64,000 bases of DNA, taken from IMG/VR virus record IMGVR_UViG_3300025098_000028; one strand, given 5' to 3'. The stretch is from an uncultured virus (IMG/VR IMGVR_UViG_3300025098_000028). Its lineage: Duplodnaviria > Heunggongvirae > Uroviricota > Caudoviricetes. Each line of letters begins with the position of its first letter. The first letter of the stretch is position 1. Made by a program: the position numbers and the translations under genes. Under the pieces are notes generated by a model. It made no database searches and was not told where the DNA came from. It worked only from the letters and a program-made list of their open reading frames with translations. Below, in pieces: positions 50,137 through 58,047 of the stretch.

Positions 50137-50866
50137 ATTATCACCTAAAATTTCTCAAAAAATGTGGCGGAATTTTTTTGGCACTTGCGCGCTCATTTTT
50201 TTCTATAGATTTATATTCCCACAATAAAATCATAAGAAATAAACCGTGAGGTTTTATTTTATTAGATTTAAATAAACTGGTTTGTTTATTATAATTGCGC
50301 CCATTTAAATTGTTTAATTTAGTATTATTACTTCGCAGTATATTGTTTATTACTAAAAAGGGCAATTTAATGTGATTAAGAATGGTGCGATAAACTAGTT
50401 GCGGGAGGTTTAGAAACATAGTTTATCAGTAGTGGGGAAATCGCCTTAGATTATAATATATTCGGTTCTAAAATGGTTGAATTAATCGTTTAATATTCAA
50501 AATAGAGCATTAAATCGTTGTGTTTTAAATCTAATGAAATAAAAATTTTGGAAAACAAAGCATATGGTTGTAGATTAGAATATGCAAAATGCATAAAGGG
50601 CATTTATTCTCAAGGTTAGTCAATGATTGTTTATAGCGGCTAACAAACGAATAAAAAACGCATTACGCAACTACTCAATGTTTAATTCCGAAGCCTACAT
50701 CCTTCCTAAACAATGCCCTTGTTCAACATTCTCTAATTATGCACAATGAATTGCCATCGCATGTTGCCAATTGCTACTACAACCATATGGTTGGAGACTT
50801 TGGCGATATAACCCTACCTATAATCGCCATTACAGCGATATAGGGATTACGGGGGAGTATTATTAC

Positions 50867-51199
50867 TCACTCCTTTTCAATTACTACCTTGTCCTCTAAT
50901 AGTAGCCCAATATCTAGGTTGGTTGCTTCATTGATATTTACACGATAGAACCATGCTCTAACATATACATTCAAATTTTCGTCGTTTAGTATTCTTTGAA
51001 TCATAGCCATATTACTACGGTCTAATACACCTATTTGGCCACTCTTTTCCAATTGGCCATTATAGCCCACACCACATGCACTTAGAGTATCAAATAGCAT
51101 TCTCAAAGTGCTAATAGCCCCGCTACCAAATTCATCGAATAGCAGGCTAAACAGTTTATTCACATTTTCATCCTCTTTTATATCATTAATCCTTGACAT
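50867..51199 (-). CDS. Hypothetical cassette protein
   Basis: Start reassigned to MSRIND, ~20-25 nt below a CCTTATAC box (leaderless arrangement). Confidence 0.55.
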   Translation of the reverse strand: MSRINDIKEDENVNKLFSLLFDEFGSGAISTLRMLFDTLSACGVGYNGQLEKSGQIGVLDRSNMAMIQRILNDENLNVYVRAWFYRVNINEATNLDIGLLLEDKVVIEKE

Positions 51200-51292
51200 A
51201 CCGATATTATTTTTATTCGTATAAGGTAGTTTGTCCACAAAGTTTCCACTACCATATGGTAAGACACTTTGGTAGTATTACCGGATATAAAT

Positions 51293-51331
51293 AAAAAAAG
51301 CCAACCCTACCCCCGAAAGGGTAAGGAAGGC
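51293..51331 (-). terminator. Hairpin plus T-tract terminator
   Basis: Minus strand CCTTACCC-TTTCG-GGGGTAGGG followed by TTTTTTT, just after the 51343 stop. Confidence 0.55.
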
Positions 51332-51342
51332 AGTTATAGTCC

Positions 51343-51651
51343 TCAAACTATTGTCCATTCGTTGCCGTTCTCCCACATTCTATCATTTAGATACCATGTG
51401 AAATCCTTTTGATGAATGTGAACATTTGGCAAGCCGTTCAAGCGTTCTTTAGTGGTGTTAGTTTGCCATCCTGCGTGACGAATATATAACTCACCTTTGG
51501 TAAGTTTAGCAATACCGCTACCGTGTAAATACATAACCATAGAACTAGTCGCAGAAGAATAGTTGATTACTTCTTTGACTTCTGTATTATCTCGCTTGAA
51601 GTCTCTTTTCTCATATAGTGCCTTTATTGCGTCTTGTGTAATTTTTCGCAT
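51343..51651 (-). CDS. Conserved uncharacterised phage protein
   Basis: MRKI..NT.V..LHG..IA..GW.T.TTK.RLN pattern familiar from phage early genes. Confidence 0.65.
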   Translation of the reverse strand: MRKITQDAIKALYEKRDFKRDNTEVKEVINYSSATSSMVMYLHGSGIAKLTKGELYIRHAGWQTNTTKERLNGLPNVHIHQKDFTWYLNDRMWENGNEWTIV

Positions 51652-51766
51652 GATTATTATATTTCAGTTCTAATATGTGAGGTTGAACAAAGTACCAACC
51701 ATATGGTTGGCTTTGCCATTCGTAGAAGAACCCCGTTAAGGGTGCTTGGTGAGCAATTCCTTCAAA

Positions 51767-52273
51767 TCACTCTTCTTCTTTTACCTCCATTTCGGCTTTG
51801 ACCGGAGGTGGAGTCATCAGTGGGATATCTCCATCCATTTCGCCATTCCAACGACCTTCCTTATATCCAGTCACTAGATTTTTGTATGCTTTTGCCGCAT
51901 ACTCTTTGGCAATAGCGTCCATGTCTTTGTATGCGCCACCAGTTCGTCCGTGTGGTAGTATTGTAGCCAAAATGATTTGTGGGTTAGTAAGTGAAACAAA
52001 GGCAGTATAAACCGCATTCATTACAGATGTAGCATTTGATTCCATTTCGTCGGGTAATGCAGACTCTCGACCTCTTCTCGCTTTTGGGAAATCGTCAAAA
52101 ACGCTCCCAATAGACCGAATAGCCGTCCAGTATGTAGACCTAACTTCATCGCTTTTACAATTGTTTCCAAGGGTAATTGATAATTCAATCGCTTGACCCT
52201 CATCGCCTCTATCTTCTAGGTTTAGCCAGTTTGCGACTTCACCAATATTCTTATTCCAGTTTTCTATCTTCAT
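51767..52273 (-). CDS. Paralog family A, copy 1
   Basis: RSTYWTAIRSIG, ARRGRES, PHGRTGG.Y shared with the 54099 ORF; GAGGTGA SD. Confidence 0.75.
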   Translation of the reverse strand: MKIENWNKNIGEVANWLNLEDRGDEGQAIELSITLGNNCKSDEVRSTYWTAIRSIGSVFDDFPKARRGRESALPDEMESNATSVMNAVYTAFVSLTNPQIILATILPHGRTGGAYKDMDAIAKEYAAKAYKNLVTGYKEGRWNGEMDGDIPLMTPPPVKAEMEVKEEE

Positions 52274-52438
52274 AATATTTCACCTCAAAAAATTGTGATT
52301 TTCCAAAATTACTCACACAAGCAATAGAACAGATGTGGTTCCGGATAAGGTTGTTATCAAGACGAGGGCAAAGCCATAACAACCATATGGTTGTGTAACT
52401 TTGTGTTGCAGACGACCCGAAGGCCGAATTTGTGGATA

Positions 52439-52579
52439 TTATATCCAACCTCTTAAAGAGGCTTTAAACTCATAATAAGCATCCCAAGATATGTAACACT
52501 TACAAGTTGGACACTCAAAACTTTCATTCAATCCATTAGATACCATAGGCTCATCACAATCATCACACCATGCCGACAT
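52439..52579 (-). CDS. 46-aa zinc-ribbon protein
   Basis: Not in ORF track: MSAWCDDCDEPM..FECPTCKCYISWDAYYEFKASLRGWI; CCTTATAC box ~20 nt upstream. Confidence 0.65.
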   Translation of the reverse strand: MSAWCDDCDEPMVSNGLNESFECPTCKCYISWDAYYEFKASLRGWI

Positions 52580-52967
52580 GGTAATACTCTAATAGAAAGT
52601 ATAAGGTTGCTTAATGCGAAACAAAGTTTCAAGCAACCATATGGTTGTAGACTTTGGTAATGAAATGTAAACCCTATCCCCATGCAAAACTCCGGCTACT
52701 CGTTCAAAGCAAGTGAACACGCTGATACTTGGTAGGTTTGATGAGAGGTCACTAATTAACTAGTATTTAGATAACTTCAATCTCTTTCCATATCCTTCCG
52801 AATTACATTTTGAACTTTGACTTTCGCCTTCGTTTCACAATGGGGTTATGGCCACTAATAGCCATTGGAATAGGAGGGTTGTTCAACTAACATATAATAT
52901 CGCTATATGCTCACCCCCGCACTACCTCTAGTGAAGGTATTGGTATTCGTCGAACTACCCGTGACAA

Positions 52968-53249
52968 TTATTCTTCTTCATCTTTATTCCAAAAGACAAA
53001 TACTTCTTGTCTGTATAAATTGAAATCTACATATTCTTGAATCTCAATTTCATTAGTGTTAAAATTCATGGTTTTAATTTCGTCTTCTTCCCAAGCCATG
53101 CTATCCCAAAACAGAACCATATTGGATGCTGTATCGAATCCTATGGTCATTTTTTTAGCAATAGTTCCATCGGAATAAACAGTGGTTCCAAAACGGGTTT
53201 CTGAATTTACTACTCCTTGTTCATTGGTTGTTGGTAATTTATCATCCAT
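52968..53249 (-). CDS. Acidic hypothetical protein
   Basis: Coupled to the upstream ORF. Confidence 0.5.
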   Translation of the reverse strand: MDDKLPTTNEQGVVNSETRFGTTVYSDGTIAKKMTIGFDTASNMVLFWDSMAWEEDEIKTMNFNTNEIEIQEYVDFNLYRQEVFVFWNKDEEE

Positions 53250-53254
53250 ATCAA

Positions 53255-53470
53255 TCACAACTCATTATTTTGAATAATAGTAGTAACTACCCTTTCACCG
53301 TCTAAAACTTTGTTCAATGCGCTAAGGCTAATTCTTAATGCAACATATGTTTGACCATCCGAGGTTGTGTATTTTCTACACTCTTCAAACGCATCAACAT
53401 TAACTGATACTTTGATTTCACTACCTGCATTACTTCTTCTAACATATCCAACCAATCTACTTTGATTCAT
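53255..53470 (-). CDS. Small conserved protein (LVGYVRRSNAG..YTTSDG)
   Basis: Start reassigned to MNQSRL; the annotated upstream extension overlaps a palindrome. Confidence 0.6.
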   Translation of the reverse strand: MNQSRLVGYVRRSNAGSEIKVSVNVDAFEECRKYTTSDGQTYVALRISLSALNKVLDGERVVTTIIQNNEL

Positions 53471-53559
53471 GTCTAAATAATATGATTTAGGATTAGGGTT
53501 CGGCCTCAAAGATGCCTTACCATATGGGTGATACTTTGATAATAGCCCCGAAGGGCGGC

Positions 53560-53925
53560 CTATAGGCCAACTTCATGATATCCGTATAAGTCGAATATTT
53601 CTTCCATTACATATCTGCCAGTGTCTCGGTCATAGTGTTTTAGGGCAAAATAAATTTGACCATCACAATCACTATTATGATTCATAGCGAATTCTGCTGC
53701 AATTTTCAATACCGAAGTCAGTGCTTGAGACAATCCAGTAACATAAATATAAATTGTATTATCAGGATTCCAAACCATTTCTAAAAATTCTCTAGCCTGT
53801 TTTTCTAGAGTTTCAAAATCATTTGGATTTTCAATAGGTTCGTCGAATATGAATAATTCGATTTTTTGTCCTTTGTCCTCAATTTCATGTCTTCCTTTGC
53901 ACAATCCTGCTCTTACTACTACCAT
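53560..53925 (-). CDS. GRH..YVTGL..HYD family protein (possible SAVED/Csx3-like fold)
   Basis: GLCKGRHEI, IYVTGLSQAL and KHYDRDTGRY motifs. Confidence 0.5.
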   Translation of the reverse strand: MVVVRAGLCKGRHEIEDKGQKIELFIFDEPIENPNDFETLEKQAREFLEMVWNPDNTIYIYVTGLSQALTSVLKIAAEFAMNHNSDCDGQIYFALKHYDRDTGRYVMEEIFDLYGYHEVGL

Positions 53926-54098
53926 GTTTAATATATTTTAATCAAAATATATGTGGTATTCTCAAAGATACTACCATATGGTAACGCTTACTTTGGGCGT
54001 TACCTCATAAAAAAAACGGGGAGGGGCAGATGCTAGAGAAAACAAAATTCTAACATCTACCCCATGAATATGGCGACTCAAGGGCTAAAACTTGAGCC

Positions 54099-54614
54099 TC
54101 ACTCTTCTTCTAAACCTCCGTCTGCTTTAACTGCTGTGGGGGTTATTTGTGGAACACCGTTCTTATTAGCGGTAACTCCATCCCATCTACCTTCCTTGAT
54201 GGATTTCATCATATAGGAATTAGCGGCTTTTTTGTAGTTATTTGTTAGAGAATCATAGTCGGAGTATGTTCCGCCAGTTCTTCCGTGTGGCACAATTACA
54301 GTTAGTAAAGTTTCGTGGTATTCAGTAGGGATTGCCGCAAAAGCATTCGCGACAGCCATGTTCACATTGTCCACAACCATTTGCTGTTCTTCTGTTAGAT
54401 TGCTCTCTCGGCCACGACGGGCGGTTGGAAAACCATCTTTTGTAGAACCAATTGAACGGATAGCCGTCCAATATGTGCTTCTTAATTCATCGCTACTAGC
54501 GTTATCCCCAAGTGTAAGGGATAGCATAATTGCTTGTACCTCATCACATGGGTCTTGGGATTCAGCCCAAGTCCTGACCTTATTTGTATTCATTATCCAA
54601 TTTGCTTGCTTCAT
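54099..54614 (-). CDS. Paralog family A, copy 2
   Basis: Start MKQANW with AGGTGA SD; clear similarity to the 51767 ORF. Confidence 0.75.
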   Translation of the reverse strand: MKQANWIMNTNKVRTWAESQDPCDEVQAIMLSLTLGDNASSDELRSTYWTAIRSIGSTKDGFPTARRGRESNLTEEQQMVVDNVNMAVANAFAAIPTEYHETLLTVIVPHGRTGGTYSDYDSLTNNYKKAANSYMMKSIKEGRWDGVTANKNGVPQITPTAVKADGGLEEE

Positions 54615-54787
54615 AATTTTCACCTTTTTAGATTGGTTTGACTCCGGTTTAGCCCTTGAAGTCATTATAATCTGCTGTATTCGGAAATAAGGTTGCGAAC
54701 AAAGACACGCAACCATATGGTAAGGTAGTCTTTGACTACAGTACCCTAATAGGAAATTAATTATATTAATCAAATGGTGAGGATAGA

Positions 54788-54934
54788 ATGACCACATATA
54801 AAATAATAAGATTTAGATTTGGAAGAGAAACGCAAACAATAAAAACGGGCTTAACACTAGAAGAAGCGCAAGCCCATTGTCAAGATGATGAAACAAGAGG
54901 AGATGGTTGGTTTGACGGTTACACTGAAGAATAA
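54788..54934 (+). CDS. 48-aa conserved phage-type protein
   Basis: Not in ORF track: MTTYKIIRFRFGRETQTIKTGLTLEEAQAHCQDDETRGDGWFDGYTEE; GGTGAGG SD. Confidence 0.7.
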   Translation: MTTYKIIRFRFGRETQTIKTGLTLEEAQAHCQDDETRGDGWFDGYTEE

Positions 54935-55027
54935 ACTCATTAACATTGTATCGCTTGAATGTGCTAGAACTGACCACAGGCACAATTTGAAACATTGTAA
55001 GATTTGCATGAAAAAGAGGGAAAAGAA

Positions 55028-55273
55028 ATGACTAGAGATGACGAAATCCATTGGGAGGAGGAAATAGGAACAAAAAGGTGTGAAAACTGTATACAACACA
55101 TTGGTAAATATGACGGATGGCAACCGCATATTAGAGTATATACCGAGAAATACAGAAACACGGCAAACCCCTTGACTGATTTTAAAGATATATGCGTTAC
55201 TTGTCATGATAGACCTAGTGACATGAAACCACTAGGGAGAAAGAGAACATTATTTGATGATTTATTTGGGTAA
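55028..55273 (+). CDS. Small CxxC..CxxC protein
   Basis: CENC..CVTCH; start probably MTRDD. Confidence 0.5.
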   Translation: MTRDDEIHWEEEIGTKRCENCIQHIGKYDGWQPHIRVYTEKYRNTANPLTDFKDICVTCHDRPSDMKPLGRKRTLFDDLFG

Positions 55274-55411
55274 ATCCCACATCCTCCGCTTGTCCTAACA
55301 AGTAAAAAAATAGGGTGGCTTTAGGGTCACTCCGTTTCATCCACAAAGTTTCATGACCATATGGTTGGGCTTTGGCCAACCTAGTATTCATTATAAAATA
55401 ATACAAGTTGT

Positions 55412-55642
55412 ATGGCGTTTTGTAGTTGCGGTATTTGTAGAGCGAAGTTTAATGGTGATAAGGCTCATCATTATTCGGATAATGAGGGTTTAGACCATCA
55501 CCCTAAATGTAATCACATTTTGGAAAAAGAAATCCATAGAGAACAATACTATGACGAAGAATTACAAGATATAGTTATTTTGTATGAATGGTATTATTGC
55601 ACCTGTGACGAAGAATACGCTAAAGAGGAGGAAGAAGAATAG
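55412..55642 (+). CDS. Small Cys/His-rich acidic protein
   Basis: CSCGIC, HHPKC, CTC; single gene between two palindromes. Confidence 0.55.
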   Translation: MAFCSCGICRAKFNGDKAHHYSDNEGLDHHPKCNHILEKEIHREQYYDEELQDIVILYEWYYCTCDEEYAKEEEEE

Positions 55643-55800
55643 GCCGTGAGGCCACTAACCGCAAAGTTTCATGACCATATGGTTGTAAAAGTGCAACAAA
55701 TCATTATTACAACACTATCAATCAAACATGAATAGGTACTGACTTACATAACCCACTACAAACCCTTATTCTATGAGTCCTTTCCAATTGGCCTAATGAA

Positions 55801-56172
55801 TATTAATATATTAATATAATAGAGTAGAACCTTCGAGTCGTCTCATGAGTTAGAAAAGTGAGATGAGACAACGAAGAGAAGAAACTAGAGGGTTGTGTAA
55901 CACATCTATTATATTATATCATACTATCTCATTATCTCATTATCTCATAATAATAATGATGATGAGAGAGAGTGAGTGAAAAATACCCTATGAGGTATAT
56001 ATTAGGATTCGATGAGACGAGATGAGACAACCCAAAAGTGCAGGTTTGGGGTAGTTTCTTTAAAGTTGTGTTACATAAGTCATTGTCTCATCATGAGATA
56101 ACTCATGAGAATACCAAAGGGTCGTTTGACAGGGCGATTCTATTATGGAGATTAAATTCTAATATATTAATA
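55801..56172. repeat. Large imperfect inverted repeat with ATGAG/CTCAT iteron-like motifs (candidate replication origin)
   Basis: Arm pairs TATTAATATATTA/TAATATATTAATA, TCTCATGAGTTA/TAACTCATGAGA, GATGAGACAA/TTGTCTCATC, TGTAACACA/TGTGTTACA; central (TATCTCAT)x3. Confidence 0.7.
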
Positions 56173-56193
56173 CTTGAGCGAAAAAGAATTAAT

Positions 56194-56210
56194 TAGACTC
56201 CTTTAAATAT
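56194..56210 (+). promoter_or_regulatory. Promoter TAGACTCCTTTAAATAT (TATA box), leaderless to 56232
   Basis: Identical 17-mer at 61303-61319. Confidence 0.7.
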
Positions 56211-56231
56211 GAAATAATTTATGGTTAATAC

Positions 56232-56702
56232 ATGATTGATGAAGTCGAATGGCAAAGTATGGTAATAGAAGTTAATGATTATTTGAAGGCAGACCCCACA
56301 TTAAATGATGGTTTGAAGCAGGTAATCCAACTTAATTTACAAATAGGGAACAATAATCCCGATGAAAGAATAGCGGCAAAGGGTGCATTGAAGGCTCTAT
56401 TGAAAGGAAGAGATGGAACTCCCTTTAAGCGAGGGCAGAAATCTAGTGTTCCTGCCACAGTTAGAGTATCTATTGATAAGGCAATTTCTATTATAGAAAT
56501 AGAGTCACTTAATTATTACAATTCACACCCAATAATGTCAAAGGTTCTTCGTAAGCATATTAAATCCGGTGGAGGAGATTATGCCAATGGAGAAGAATAT
56601 GCCCACATTGTAGGTAAGAGGATGAGAAATGCACTTGCTAAAAGATACAAGGATGGAGATTGGGATGGGAATTACGACTCTCTACTAACTACGACAGAAT
56701 GA
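56232..56702 (+). CDS. Paralog family A, divergent copy 3
   Basis: IQLNLQIGNN, PFKRGQKS.VP, SGG..Y, YKDGDWDG align by eye with the 51767 and 54099 ORFs. Confidence 0.6.
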   Translation: MIDEVEWQSMVIEVNDYLKADPTLNDGLKQVIQLNLQIGNNNPDERIAAKGALKALLKGRDGTPFKRGQKSSVPATVRVSIDKAISIIEIESLNYYNSHPIMSKVLRKHIKSGGGDYANGEEYAHIVGKRMRNALAKRYKDGDWDGNYDSLLTTTE

Positions 56703-56815
56703 TGGTGGTGCGTCATTCACTAGTGGGATATTAGGGTGTTTTCTTTTCTCTTTTTTTTAGGTACTTGCGTGTTTTCGATAATGCCCTAATATCTCACACC
56801 CCCTTGGTGATTAAT

Positions 56816-57331
56816 ATGAATAAAGTACCTCAAAATGAAGCACACTTACACGACTCTATCATGAAGTATATTTTTGAAAGAATAGATAAGGAGATTAATG
56901 CTCCTTGTCATCAATGGATTGGGCCAACTAGTACCTCTCTTAAATTACCCTCACCAAGAGCAAAGAAGTTTGTTAATGGATATAGAAATAGTTTCATGCC
57001 ACATATTGTCATGTACAATTATCACAACTATCCTAATAAAAAAAGTCCGATAGATTGGAATAAGGGCAAAGGTCAAGAAATAAGAAGAAAATGTAATAAT
57101 CTAATGTGCGTAAACATTGATTGTTTAGTTTTAGGGGATAGAAGTAAAACCATTCAAGCCACAATAAATAGGGGAAAGACGGCCATCGGGAATGACTACG
57201 GTGTTAAGTATGATGCTGATATAATTAGGGCTGACCATCAAGCAGGACTTTCCTATCGAGATATTATGAAAAAGTACAATATACCCAGTAAAGGAACAAT
57301 ATCCTACATTATAAATAAAGCAAAAAGGTGA
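56816..57331 (+). CDS. Degenerate HNH (HNH_3-like) domain plus C-terminal HTH
   Basis: CHQWIG..RRKCNNLMCVNIDCLVLG; GLSYRDIMKKYNI..GTISYII. Start reassigned using the GGTGA SD. Confidence 0.65.
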   Translation: MNKVPQNEAHLHDSIMKYIFERIDKEINAPCHQWIGPTSTSLKLPSPRAKKFVNGYRNSFMPHIVMYNYHNYPNKKSPIDWNKGKGQEIRRKCNNLMCVNIDCLVLGDRSKTIQATINRGKTAIGNDYGVKYDADIIRADHQAGLSYRDIMKKYNIPSKGTISYIINKAKR

Positions 57332-57335
57332 TATT

Positions 57336-57584
57336 ATGAGATTAATAGAAGAAGTATATATCAAGGCAGAAAAAGACGAAATATGCCAAAAATGCGGTGT
57401 AGATATACTGGAAGGCAGTAATTTTCTAATGGAAAGTTACATCCATAAAGGCAAATTATTATCTAACACTTATTGCTTGGCAAAGAAATGTAATCCTCCG
57501 AACAATGTTAGGTTAAGGTTGTTTTGGGGAACAATTATCGTAAGCATAAGTGCTTGGATTATTTACGGCATATACTTTAGATGA
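57336..57584 (+). CDS. Zn-finger protein with C-terminal TM helix
   Basis: CQKCG..YCLAKKC; hydrophobic tail. Confidence 0.6.
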   Translation: MRLIEEVYIKAEKDEICQKCGVDILEGSNFLMESYIHKGKLLSNTYCLAKKCNPPNNVRLRLFWGTIIVSISAWIIYGIYFR

Positions 57585-57636
57585 TTCTCATTTAACTCTA
57601 TAGATGCTCGATGACCCTGTGTCCACCCTTATATAC

Positions 57637-57841
57637 GGATGCGGCAGGTTAGGTTGTATCAAGTGGTCGAGGTTTGCACAAACAAACATGCAAACAACAA
57701 AGTTATGAAATAATTAATCTCTATAGAGATAAATGATACGCAATATCCATGAGGGATAGCGAGCCAATGGCGACTCACAGAAGTAAATTTCGGTTAGTTC
57801 TCACCACTCTTTCATAATAATCTAACCGTGTGGCCGCATCC
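57637..57841 (+). ncRNA. Candidate structured non-coding RNA or cis element
   Basis: Terminal pairing GGATGCGGC/GCCGCATCC plus GGTTAGGTT/AATCTAACC, with internal hairpins. Confidence 0.4.
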
Positions 57842-57880
57842 CTCACCTATTCAATAAAGAGTAAAAATAAAGGTGAGAAC

Positions 57881-58042
57881 ATGACACATGAAAAATATGA
57901 ATATAATAGCAAGAGCCATATGATTATGGATTTAATGAAACATGAAGAATTGATGGAACTTCTTGGAGAGTTAATTCAACTTGACAAGACAGGACTCGTT
58001 GATGAAATAATTGATGATTTGGCATATGACTTAGAAAGGTGA
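57881..58042 (+). CDS. Small acidic protein
   Basis: AGGTGA SD before MTHEKY. Confidence 0.55.
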   Translation: MTHEKYEYNSKSHMIMDLMKHEELMELLGELIQLDKTGLVDEIIDDLAYDLER

Positions 58043-58047
58043 TGAAA

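Larger units (their letters stand above)
48494..50147 (-). repeat. Six direct junction repeats, consensus (T)AGGTG-N1-2-TAATATGACATGG
   Basis: Copies at about 48494-48514, 48827-48847, 49226-49246, 49505-49526, 49914-49933, 50128-50147. Confidence 0.9.
50556..55685. repeat. Eleven dispersed palindromic repeats CAAAG-Nx-ACCATATGGT-Nx-CTTTG
   Basis: Copies at 50556 (partial), 50780-50802 (partial), 51238-51271, 51688-51715, 52369-52403, 52622-52656, 53507-53538, 53963-53995, 54700-54734, 55344-55374, 55662-55685 (partial); all intergenic. Confidence 0.92.

Noticed and set aside
48494..50147. CRISPR or mini-array interpretation of the junction repeats
   Set aside because: Repeats coincide with SD/start codons and the intervening sequences are full ORFs.
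65..50227. Numerous plus-strand ORFs in the track (Ser/Phe/Leu-rich)
   Set aside because: Antisense shadows of Lys/Glu-rich minus-strand genes; no SD or motifs.
50141..50419. 92-aa ORF upstream of the late block
   Set aside because: Asn/Leu/Ile-rich composition typical of AT-rich non-coding DNA; no SD.
50556..55685. CRISPR array interpretation of the palindromic repeats
   Set aside because: Intervals are roughly 200-850 bp, irregular and contain genes; repeats are degenerate; no cas genes.
57585..57880. tRNA gene in the intergenic gap
   Set aside because: No cloverleaf or T-loop GTTCRA motif found.
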